Assembly (NCBI GenBank): GCA_964366905.1
Contig: CAYIVQ010000001.1
Coordinates: 1-45,156 of the forward strand
Length of the DNA: 45,156 nt
Source: an uncultured Candidatus Saccharibacteria bacterium
Lineage (GTDB): Bacteria; Patescibacteriota; Minisyncoccia; GWC2-36-17; WO2-46-25
Direction of reading: 5' to 3'
Below, in pieces: positions 32,160 to 40,503 of this stretch; within the stretch, counting starts at the first letter, position 1, and every line of letters begins with the position of its first letter. A program made the translations under genes and the position numbers. The notes under the pieces were generated by a model. That model did not search any database, was not told the origin of the DNA, and saw only the letters and a list, made by a program, of their open reading frames with translations.

Positions 32160-32216
32160 AAGCCGAAATTACGGGCTGTTTAAAAACTTAATAATAAAAC
32201 AAAGGGGGGTGATCTT

Positions 32217-33341
32217 ATGGATGAGAACGTGAAAGAAATAGTTTTAACCGGCGGACCATGCGGAGGAAAAACCACGGCATTAAGCTATGTATCAGAAAAA
32301 CTTATGGATCAGGGATTCAGAGTTTTTATCATTCCTGAAGTCGCCACCAAGTTCATCGGCGGAGGCATCCATGATATAGGCAAAATAGCTAAAAAAGAGC
32401 CTAAAAAATATTTTGAAATAGAAAGGCAGATATTGCTGGAACAGATGTCTCAGCACGAAAGATTCCGCGAGCTCGCCGGAATATTCCCGAAAGAGAAGCG
32501 AGTGATAATATCAGACCGGGGCCCTATGGATGTAAAACCATATATGCATCCGGAAGAATTTGGCATTATAAGGCGGCAGCATAAATTCAGAATGCATGAT
32601 TTGCGCGATGTCTTTGATTCAATCATTCATCTTGTCACGGCGGCAAAAGGAGCTGAAAAATTTTATACGACAAAAAACAATAAAGCTCGCCGGGAAAGCA
32701 TCGGAGAAGCCCGCATCGCGGACAGCAAAACTATGAACGCGTGGACAGGGCATTCGCATTTGAAAATAATAGATAACCCGGAAGGATATGGCTTTGAACA
32801 TAAAATGAAAAGGACTATGCAAGCCATATGCAGGACCATGGGCATTCCCGTGCCGTTGGAAATAGAGCGTAAATTTCTGTTGGCCGAAATGCCTAATTTC
32901 AACACTATCCTCTTCAAATACGCCCAGCGGATATTCATAGAACAGATGTATCTGAACCAAAGATGCGACAAGGAAGAATCTCGCATCCGAAAACGCGCTC
33001 AAAAAAGATCAGTGACTTATTATCAAACTCGCAAGCTTAAACTGGCGCCCGGAATAAGACGGGAAACGGAGAGAATAATAAAACCGGAAGAGTATTCCAT
33101 TTTATCACAGCTAAGAAATCCATCTGCGCGGATCATAAGAAAGTATCGTTATTGCTTCATCTATAAATTCCAATACTTTGAATTGGATGTCATCTTCCAG
33201 CCAGTTCCTTTGTGCTTGTTGGAAATTGAATTAACTGAAGAAAACGATCATGTTGAGCTACCTCCTTTCCTGAAAATAGCGAAAGAAGTGACGGAAGATT
33301 CTCGATATGAAAACTTTTCCATCGCATACGGAGACCATTAA
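32217..33341 (+). CDS. P-loop ATPase (AAA_28-like) fused to a CYTH (triphosphate tunnel) domain
   Basis: N-terminal IVLTGGPCGGKTT. C-terminal half starts with the CYTH signature EIERKFLL and has the alternating charged beta-strand pattern (RIRKR, RRETERII, LLEIELTEE). Confidence 0.6.
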   Translation: MDENVKEIVLTGGPCGGKTTALSYVSEKLMDQGFRVFIIPEVATKFIGGGIHDIGKIAKKEPKKYFEIERQILLEQMSQHERFRELAGIFPKEKRVIISDRGPMDVKPYMHPEEFGIIRRQHKFRMHDLRDVFDSIIHLVTAAKGAEKFYTTKNNKARRESIGEARIADSKTMNAWTGHSHLKIIDNPEGYGFEHKMKRTMQAICRTMGIPVPLEIERKFLLAEMPNFNTILFKYAQRIFIEQMYLNQRCDKEESRIRKRAQKRSVTYYQTRKLKLAPGIRRETERIIKPEEYSILSQLRNPSARIIRKYRYCFIYKFQYFELDVIFQPVPLCLLEIELTEENDHVELPPFLKIAKEVTEDSRYENFSIAYGDH

Positions 33342-33358
33342 GGTCTCCGTATTTTTTT
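33326..33358 (+). terminator. rho-independent terminator overlapping the stop codon
   Basis: ATACGGAGACC-ATTAA-GGTCTCCGTAT followed by TTTTTT. Confidence 0.85.
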
Positions 33359-33461
33359 GCAATATTTTTTTTAATTATGCAATACACAATACAAGTTGAC
33401 TCAAGTATAAAATTTTTGTATCATTATTGGTTATCTTAACGACAAAGTAGAATATTAAAAT

Positions 33462-35597
33462 ATGGAAAACCACGAGTCATTTTTTTATGTCATTATTCTG
33501 ACGGTCAGCTTTCTATTATTTATCTCTTCGCTGGCTGCCGTTTTTATTAAACGATTATACCTGCCGTACACGGTGGTTTTAGTCATAGTCGGAATAATTT
33601 TAAGCGTATTTTCCAGATTTGAATTGTTTGATTTTCTAAATGTTCTACAACTCTCTCCTGATCTTGTATTTTACCTGTTCCTGCCAATGCTTGTGTTTGA
33701 AGGAGCGTATAATATACGCTTTTTAGAGCTCAAATCATCATTAAAAACGGTTTCCGTCATGTCGATAGTAAGTTTGTTGATATCGGCATTCTTCATAGGC
33801 GCCGTATTATTTTATCTTTTTTCATATTTTGGGATCGCTGTTCCATTTATTACACTTTTGCTTTTCGGATCGTTGATTTCCGCGACTGACCCTATAGCCG
33901 CTCTTGCCATATTTCGCGAAATCGGCGTAGCGAAGCGCCTGCGCCTTCTGCTTGACGGAGAGAGTTTGTTTAACGACGGTACCGCTTTGGTTTTATTTCA
34001 AGTTGTTATGAGCGTAGCGCTTGCCGGCACGTTTTCAACAGGGATATTGGGCACTGCTTTCGTTAAGTTTTGGATTTTAGTCATAGGCGGGGCGGCGCTT
34101 GGCGCGATAATGGGCTGGATTTTTTCAAAAATCATTGAGCGGGTTCACAATCTTGCCACTGTTGAAATCACGCTGACTCTTATTCTGGCCCACACAGCTT
34201 TTATCTTCGCTGAAAAATTCTTCGGAGTTTCCGGCGTAATCGCCGCTCTGTCCGCCGGACTTATGGTGGGTAATTTCGGACGTTATAAAATTTCTCCGTC
34301 AGTTCGCGATTTTATGGAGCATTTTTGGTCATACGCCGCTTTTCTTGCTAATTCGCTTATATTCCTTCTGATAGGCCTTTCTCTGCGCGGGGTATCGCTG
34401 TTTGAATACTGGCTACCTGTATTAATCACCCTTATCGTGGTAATGATTGCCAGATTTGTTTCAGTTTTCGGCGTTGTTCCGTTTACCAATAAATTATTCA
34501 AAAGAGAAGGAAAAATCCCGGCTTCCTGGCAATTCCTGCTCTCATGGGGAGGATTGCGCGGGGCATTGCCTCTTGCCATAGTATTATTGCTGCCAGCTGA
34601 TTTTGAACACAAAAATCTGCTTTTAGTACTCACTTTAAGTACGGTATTTTTCACTTTGCTTATCCAGGCCACTACCATTAAAAAATTTATCAAGCATTTC
34701 AAGCTGGATATCTTTTCATCCGAAGAAGAGCTCGCGCGCGAAGAAGTGTTTCTTATGATGGACAAAAGAATCAAACGCCAGCTTGAAAATATGGCAGGAG
34801 ACAACCGCATTCCGAAAGAAGTTTATGAAAAGCTGGACAAAATGTACTCCGACCTTTACGCAGAATCTAAAAACCGGCTGGACAAACTCGTCAAGAAAAA
34901 AGGCGAATTTTCAAATTACGAAGAAATGCTCGTTTTATTGCGCAAACAAGCGCTGAATCTTGAAAGACGCGCTTATTTAAAACTTTTTGACCAGCATGAA
35001 TTAAGCGAACGCATATTCGCTTCGCTTGACGCGAAAATAGAACGGCAAATAGACCGCATTGATCGCAAAATGCCCCAAATTTTAGAGAAGAAAATTTCTT
35101 TTTCGCACATCAAAAAAATCAAAGATTATAGTTATTGGCTTCTGCAATCAATACAGCATCCATTGGCAAAAAAATTAAGCAATCGTTTGAAACTTTCCGA
35201 AACCATACATGATTATATTCTATACAGGACAAGAAAATTCGGTTCGGAAGAAGTATTGAGAGAATTGGCCGAGCTTCACGAAGACGCCAATGATACGGAA
35301 CATCAAAAAGCGCTTCAAATTATTATGGCGCAATACAAAAAATGGCGGCAGGAAAATACTGAACGACTGGGAAATATCAGGCAAGCCGACCCTAAATTAG
35401 TCGCCGCGCTAGAATACACTCTCGCGAACTTAAGTTCGCTTAACACAGAAATAGAAATTTTGGAGGATATGCATAAAAAAGGCATAGTCCCGGAAAACAT
35501 ATTTTCTGATGTTTATGAATACTACCAGCGCCTCTACGCGCAAAAACAAAATTTACTTCTCCAGTCTAAATACAGAATGAAAAAAGACAGCATCTAA
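33462..35597 (+). CDS. CPA1-family Na+(K+)/H+ antiporter with long cytoplasmic C-terminal domain
   Basis: About 12 TM. SATDPIA, ESLFNDGTALVLF, GGLRGALPLA. ~300-aa charged helical tail. Confidence 0.85.
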   Translation: MENHESFFYVIILTVSFLLFISSLAAVFIKRLYLPYTVVLVIVGIILSVFSRFELFDFLNVLQLSPDLVFYLFLPMLVFEGAYNIRFLELKSSLKTVSVMSIVSLLISAFFIGAVLFYLFSYFGIAVPFITLLLFGSLISATDPIAALAIFREIGVAKRLRLLLDGESLFNDGTALVLFQVVMSVALAGTFSTGILGTAFVKFWILVIGGAALGAIMGWIFSKIIERVHNLATVEITLTLILAHTAFIFAEKFFGVSGVIAALSAGLMVGNFGRYKISPSVRDFMEHFWSYAAFLANSLIFLLIGLSLRGVSLFEYWLPVLITLIVVMIARFVSVFGVVPFTNKLFKREGKIPASWQFLLSWGGLRGALPLAIVLLLPADFEHKNLLLVLTLSTVFFTLLIQATTIKKFIKHFKLDIFSSEEELAREEVFLMMDKRIKRQLENMAGDNRIPKEVYEKLDKMYSDLYAESKNRLDKLVKKKGEFSNYEEMLVLLRKQALNLERRAYLKLFDQHELSERIFASLDAKIERQIDRIDRKMPQILEKKISFSHIKKIKDYSYWLLQSIQHPLAKKLSNRLKLSETIHDYILYRTRKFGSEEVLRELAELHEDANDTEHQKALQIIMAQYKKWRQENTERLGNIRQADPKLVAALEYTLANLSSLNTEIEILEDMHKKGIVPENIFSDVYEYYQRLYAQKQNLLLQSKYRMKKDSI

Positions 35598-36601
35598 GCT
35601 TTGATTATAAATTTACTACCGAGGTAAAAATCATATCCGCTCATCGGTTTCTTACCTTCCGGCTGGACTGTTTCCAAAATCAGGCAATCTTTAGCAGTAT
35701 TTAGCGCTAATTTTTTGTCGCTGGTCAAGAAAAAACTCATAGGCGGCAATTTATTTCCACACTCTGAAATTCTTGCTTTTAATATTTTTAATATTTTCTT
35801 TTTTGATTTGTGATTCTTGATTTGTGATTCATAATTCATGTATGCCCCAGGCCATGGATTAAACGCTCTTATCATCCGTTCTATATATTCCGCATCCATA
35901 TCCGGCTTGATTTCACCGTCTTCTTTCTGAAATATTTTAGTCAATGTGGCTTTTGAATCGTTCTGCTCTTTTGGTTGGATTTTGCCGGCAAACCAAAGCG
36001 ACAAAACCTCAAGAAGCAAATCGGCGCCAACTTCAGCCATTTTCCGCATCAGAGTAATCGCGGTTTCGTCCAAAGCAATTGGAAACGCTTTTTGCGCCAA
36101 TATCGGTCCATGGTCCAATTCCTCGTCCACAACCATAATCGTCGGACCGGTTTCTTTATGGCCTTCCAAAATCGCAGTCTGAACAGGGGATGCGCCGCGC
36201 AAAAGCGGCAAAAGAGAGCCATGAACATTTAATATGCCGAATGGCGGAATATCTAATATCTCTTGCGGAATAATTTTCCCATAAGCGGCCACGATAATTA
36301 TATCGGGTTTTTCTTCCTTGATTTTAGCTATGACGCCAGCATCTTTTAATTTATCGGGTTGAAAAATTTTGATACCGCCCTTGATTCGTGATTCGTGATT
36401 CATGATTCTTTGTTTAACCGGCGGGGAAGTGAGAATTTGTTTCCTGCCTGTCGGCTTGTCTGGTTGTGTTATAACTAAATCAGGTTTGTATATTTCTGAT
36501 TGAATAAGTCTATCCAGAATATCAGCCGCAAGTTCGGTAGTGCCCATAAATATTATACGATGTTTATTTATCATATTCTTAATTCTTGATTCATAATTCA
36601 T
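35594..36601 (-). CDS. fmt: methionyl-tRNA formyltransferase
   Basis: IIFMGT, VAAYGKIIP, NVHGSLLPLLRGASPVQ, PWPGAY. The true start may be the downstream MINKH. Confidence 0.9.
   Translation of the reverse strand: MNYESRIKNMINKHRIIFMGTTELAADILDRLIQSEIYKPDLVITQPDKPTGRKQILTSPPVKQRIMNHESRIKGGIKIFQPDKLKDAGVIAKIKEEKPDIIIVAAYGKIIPQEILDIPPFGILNVHGSLLPLLRGASPVQTAILEGHKETGPTIMVVDEELDHGPILAQKAFPIALDETAITLMRKMAEVGADLLLEVLSLWFAGKIQPKEQNDSKATLTKIFQKEDGEIKPDMDAEYIERMIRAFNPWPGAYMNYESQIKNHKSKKKILKILKARISECGNKLPPMSFFLTSDKKLALNTAKDCLILETVQPEGKKPMSGYDFYLGSKFIIKA
35804..35838 (-). repeat. period-7 repeat motif H1 inside fmt
   Basis: TGATTTG TGATTCT TGATTTG TGATTCA TAATTCA on the + strand. Translated as MNYESQIKNHKS. 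Confidence 0.8.
36382..36409 (-). repeat. period-7 repeat motif H2 inside fmt
   Basis: TGATTCG TGATTCG TGATTCA TGATTCT on the + strand. Translated as RIMNHESRI. Confidence 0.85.
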
Positions 36602-36608
36602 GATTCGT
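36574..36608 (-). repeat. period-7 repeat motif H3 spanning the def stop / fmt start
   Basis: TATTCTT AATTCTT GATTCAT AATTCAT GATTCGT on the + strand. Encodes the fmt MNYESRIKN and the def ...ITNHEL*. Confidence 0.8.
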
Positions 36609-37073
36609 TATGCTTTCCGCCTTATCTTTAAATAAAATCCCATTCAAATGGTCTATTTCGTGCTGGAATAGTTGCGCGACAAGACCATCCGCTTTCATTT
36701 TGAATTTTCTGCCGTTTTGATTGTATGCTTCAATCTTTAATGATTCCGCGCGCTTGATTTTGCCATACAAGCCCAGCACTGAAAGACATCCTTCGTCCAT
36801 CAGTTTAGCTTTCTCTGAAATTTTTGTTATTACCGGATTGATAAAAACAACTTGATTTAATCCCAAAGCGGAAGACACGACAAATATCCTTAAATTCCTG
36901 CCGACTTGAGGCGCCGCTATGCCAATCCCGTTTTTCGCGATTGCCAGCGTATCTTGCATATCCTCGATAAGATTTTGGATCTCCGTATTTAAAATATCGG
37001 CTACCTCTTCAGATCTTGCCCTTAAAATGGGGTTTTTCACTTCTGATTCGATTACTATGGTAAGTATTGACAT
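36591..37073 (-). CDS. def: peptide deformylase
   Basis: GIGIAAPQVG, EGCLS, HEIDHLNG. Confidence 0.93.
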   Translation of the reverse strand: MSILTIVIESEVKNPILRARSEEVADILNTEIQNLIEDMQDTLAIAKNGIGIAAPQVGRNLRIFVVSSALGLNQVVFINPVITKISEKAKLMDEGCLSVLGLYGKIKRAESLKIEAYNQNGRKFKMKADGLVAQLFQHEIDHLNGILFKDKAESITNHEL

Positions 37074-37155
37074 ATTTATAGGTTATGATATAATATAGCG
37101 TATTAATTGTCAATTTTTTAGCTTTTCAGTAATTTAACAATCAAAGGAGGTTTAA

Positions 37156-37452
37156 ATGGAAAATGAAACAAAAAGGGAAATTTTGTTATTATTGTCGCTT
37201 ATGGTTTTTGCTATAGAAGCGATAATATTCATCTACAATGTAGCACTTTATAATATAGTGCTACATTGGGAGCCATTTTGGCTTCAATTGAAGCTCTACT
37301 GGGTGCATTTGGCAATCACAACATTTATGGGATTTCTGCTCTTGTGGGCAAGAAAAGAAATTCCGAAAAAAACCAACCTCCCCGGCCAAATCACCGTCGG
37401 GAAACTTTATGCCGGTCAAGAACTTAACCGACAACGCAAGTTTAGACGCTAA
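37156..37452 (+). CDS. hypothetical small membrane protein
   Basis: Two or three hydrophobic helices. SD-like AAAGGAGG 6 nt upstream. Terminator follows. Confidence 0.45.
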   Translation: MENETKREILLLLSLMVFAIEAIIFIYNVALYNIVLHWEPFWLQLKLYWVHLAITTFMGFLLLWARKEIPKKTNLPGQITVGKLYAGQELNRQRKFRR

Positions 37453-37457
37453 CATTG

Positions 37458-37496
37458 GGCTCTCTAGAAAAAACTCTAGGGGGCCTTTATTTTTAT
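37458..37496 (+). terminator. rho-independent terminator
   Basis: GGCTCTCTAG-AAAAAACT-CTAGGGGGCC (two G-U pairs) followed by TTTATTTTTAT. Confidence 0.7.
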
Positions 37497-37497
37497 G

Positions 37498-37578
37498 TAC
37501 AAAATACTTATATTATCAGGGGATTCTTCGCAAAGCTCAGAATGACAACCATGATTTACTGAGTTTCATAACCCAAAG
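37498..37578. repeat. partial (right-half) copy D of the 132-bp MITE
   Basis: AAAATACT...GGATTCTTCGCAAAGCTCAGAATGACAAC...CCCAAAG matches the loop, right stem and right end of copies A/B with indels. Confidence 0.6.
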
Positions 37579-37587
37579 TAATTGGCA

Positions 37588-39504
37588 TTACAATATACTC
37601 TCCGGGTCTGCATCCACAGTCGCGTGTTCTGCCACGCGTTTTAATATCTGCGTCCGCGATTGCGCGTCCATATTTATTATTTTTAACACTACCTGATAAA
37701 TATATTGGTTTTTCACTTTCGGAATATACGCTGGCGACGGGCCGAGCGCTTCAATATTCGCCCCGATTTTTTGCGCCGTTTTTTCCAGATAATCGGCAAT
37801 TTTTTGCGCTTTCGCTTTGGCCGAGCGCTCGTTTATGTCTTTTACAATAATTTTCACTATATCTGAAAACGGCGGATAATCAAAATCTTCTCTTGAACTG
37901 ATTTCTTTTTGATAAAAATCATCATAGTCTTGCCGCAAAATATTTCGCAATGCTTCATTTTCCGGCGTGTAAGTTTGAAATAATAATCGGGTATTCGGAT
38001 TGGCATACGCCCATATTCCGTGAATCAACCGATAAATTCTTTCCCCGATTTTATAATCCGGAATATAGAGCAGATTATCAAGCGACACGACCGCGAGCAT
38101 GTCCGCTTTCGGCATTTCCGGTTTGCCAAGTAGCGCTTGCGTGCCGATTAAAATCCGGTTTTTTTCTTCTTTGAATTGAGCAATGATTTTTTGCCGGTCT
38201 TTGTGTGCCGGCGCGGTATCATAATCCAAAACAAGAGTATTTTTATAACCCCACAATTTCTCAATTTCTTCCAATGCTTTTTGCGTGCCTCCGCCGAAAG
38301 TTCTGATGTGTCGGCTTTGGCATTTGCCGCACAATGACGGCGGCTCTTTCTGCCAGCCGCATTGATGGCAAATCAAATTTCTTTTCGGAACCGTATGAAA
38401 AATAAGATGCGCTTCGCATTTGTCGCATTTTTCCATATACTTGCAATCCGGACAAAAAATAAACGATTGATTGCCGCGACGGGAAACAAATAAAATCGCT
38501 TTTTTTGATTTACTTTCCAAAATTTCCGCCAACGCATTTTGAAGTTGGTGTGAAAAAACGGAATAATTTTTTCCAAAGATTTCGTTTCGCATATCTATTA
38601 TATCTGTCGGATGCTTTCCTGCTTCCGCTGTTTTCTCTCCCGCTTCAAGCTCATAATCGCCATGCTTTGCAAAATAATAACTTTCAACTGATGGAATTTC
38701 ACTGCCCAGCGCTGCTTGCGCCCCGCAAAGCTCGGCAAGTTTTAAAGCAGTCGTTTTCGCATGATAATAAGGCATCATGTCCCAAGATTTGTAATGCGGG
38801 CTGTGCTCCTCGTCTATAATGAGCAATCCGAGATTTATCAAATTGGCAAAAATGGCGACGCGAGTGCCGATTATCAATCGCGTTTTTCCGTTCCTGATTT
38901 TTTGCCATTCTTCAAAATAATTTTTCGGCGTCAACTCGCTGGTAAGCAGAGCGGGGGAATAATCTTTCAATATTTTTTGCCATTCTTGCGCTTGCGCAAG
39001 TTCCGGAGAAAGCAAAAGGATTTGCTTGCCGGCTTTGAGTTGAGCGTCAATGAGTTTTTTATAAATTTCAACTCTGTTTTTTTGTTTTATCAATATCGGT
39101 TTTACCGATTGACGCTCTGCCGTGTTTTCCGGCGCGGAAATATGCTCAAGCGCCACGGATTGTTTCTTTTTCAATAAATATTCCGGCAAAAAAGTTTTCA
39201 AAAAAAGTGTCAGCGGAACGGCATAATAATCGGAGAGATACTTCAATAAAGCTACTTGATAAACATTCAGCGCCGGCTCTTCGGAGATAACTTTGGATAT
39301 GCTTTTCATCTGAAAAGCCGAGGACTTAACGCTCATTTTCTGTTTTGACAGCGAATGAGAGCCGGCAACCAAACCGTTTATTTTTTGCCTGCCAACGCTT
39401 ATCTGCGCCAAAGCGCCAGATGGCAAATCGCGCTGGCTAAAATAGCTCAAAATCTGCATTTCCATCTTTGGGATTTTAGAAGGAATTATGTCTAAAATAA
39501 ACAT
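37588..39504 (-). CDS. priA: primosomal protein N' (replication restart helicase PriA)
   Basis: DEEHSPHYKS (DExH), Cys-rich zinc module CPDCKYMEKCDKCEAHL...CHQCG...CGKC, C-terminal helicase lobe. Confidence 0.9.
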   Translation of the reverse strand: MFILDIIPSKIPKMEMQILSYFSQRDLPSGALAQISVGRQKINGLVAGSHSLSKQKMSVKSSAFQMKSISKVISEEPALNVYQVALLKYLSDYYAVPLTLFLKTFLPEYLLKKKQSVALEHISAPENTAERQSVKPILIKQKNRVEIYKKLIDAQLKAGKQILLLSPELAQAQEWQKILKDYSPALLTSELTPKNYFEEWQKIRNGKTRLIIGTRVAIFANLINLGLLIIDEEHSPHYKSWDMMPYYHAKTTALKLAELCGAQAALGSEIPSVESYYFAKHGDYELEAGEKTAEAGKHPTDIIDMRNEIFGKNYSVFSHQLQNALAEILESKSKKAILFVSRRGNQSFIFCPDCKYMEKCDKCEAHLIFHTVPKRNLICHQCGWQKEPPSLCGKCQSRHIRTFGGGTQKALEEIEKLWGYKNTLVLDYDTAPAHKDRQKIIAQFKEEKNRILIGTQALLGKPEMPKADMLAVVSLDNLLYIPDYKIGERIYRLIHGIWAYANPNTRLLFQTYTPENEALRNILRQDYDDFYQKEISSREDFDYPPFSDIVKIIVKDINERSAKAKAQKIADYLEKTAQKIGANIEALGPSPAYIPKVKNQYIYQVVLKIINMDAQSRTQILKRVAEHATVDADPESIL

Positions 39505-39523
39505 ATTACTATTGAGTCATAAT

Positions 39524-39630
39524 CTATCATCAGAAACTCTTTCTGTAATCTTAACGGAAGCGCAGCCCTTCTTGATTATTATTTTAATAAATGGGCGTGA
39601 GCGGATGAAAGAAAGAGTTTCTGATGATAG
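39524..39630. repeat. 20-bp perfect inverted repeats with a 67-nt spacer in the priA / glycosyltransferase divergent region
   Basis: CTATCATCAGAAACTCTTTC (39524-39543) and GAAAGAGTTTCTGATGATAG (39611-39630). AATCTATCAT/ATGATAGATT is repeated once more just outside. Confidence 0.8.
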
Positions 39631-39679
39631 ATATGATAGATTAGCATTATAGCTCTATTTTTGCTAAAATTGAACTGCT

Positions 39680-40426
39680 ATGAACAGATATAAAATATTT
39701 GATATTCCGATTGATAATGTCAGTATGGTCGAAGCGCTGGAAACTGCGAAAAATATATTAGCAAAAGGGGAGCAGCGCAAAATTTTCACTATAAATCCGG
39801 AGATTTTGCTTTTAGGAAGGAAAGACCAAAATTATAGAAAAATTCTACAATCGGTTGATTTGGCTTTGCCTGACGGGATCGGTCTTGTGTGGTTGGGACG
39901 AATTTTTGGTATACCGTTTAAAGAGCGTGTTACTGGAACAGATTTTATGGAAAAATTGGCGGGAATGGCGGAGCAAGAAGATAAATCAATTTTTCTTTTA
40001 GGCGGAGAAAACGGCGCGTCAGAGAAAACGACAAAAACTTTAAAAAAAAAGTTTCCGAACTTAAAAATCGCCGGTTTTTTGGAATACCAAAATCAATGGC
40101 AAAACTATGAGCAAATTTTCCGAGCCGATATTTTATTTGTCGCGCTTGGCGCGCCAAAACAAGAAATATGGATATACGATAATCTGCCAAAACTGCCAAA
40201 CATAAAAATCGCCGTTGGGATAGGGGGGGCTTTTGACTTTATTTCCGGCAAAATTCCGCGCGCCCCTAAACTTTTGCGTGAAATTGGGTTAGAATGGATG
40301 TGGAGATTAATAATGGAACCGAAGAAGAGATGGAAGAGAGCGTTAAACGCGGTGATTATATTTCCGATTCATTTTATATCCTACGCTAAACACGCTAAAT
40401 TCGAAGCACGAAATCCGAAATCCTAA
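39680..40426 (+). CDS. WecB/TagA/CpsF-family glycosyltransferase
   Basis: NPEILLLG, LALPDGIGLVW, FLLGG, VALGAPKQEIW, GVGGAFDF-like GIGGAFDF, GLEWMWRL. Confidence 0.85.
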   Translation: MNRYKIFDIPIDNVSMVEALETAKNILAKGEQRKIFTINPEILLLGRKDQNYRKILQSVDLALPDGIGLVWLGRIFGIPFKERVTGTDFMEKLAGMAEQEDKSIFLLGGENGASEKTTKTLKKKFPNLKIAGFLEYQNQWQNYEQIFRADILFVALGAPKQEIWIYDNLPKLPNIKIAVGIGGAFDFISGKIPRAPKLLREIGLEWMWRLIMEPKKRWKRALNAVIIFPIHFISYAKHAKFEARNPKS

Positions 40427-40503
40427 ACAGATCACAATAACCAAAATTAAAAATTCTAAACGTTTTGAATGTTGAGTGTTAGGATTTAGAATTTCGAATT
40501 TTT
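40409..40503. repeat. inverted period-7 motifs bracketing the intergenic region
   Basis: CGAAATC CGAAATC CTAAAC at the 3' end of the CDS (encoding ARNPKS*) and GGATTTA GAATTTC GAATTTT just before the next ATG. Confidence 0.55.
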
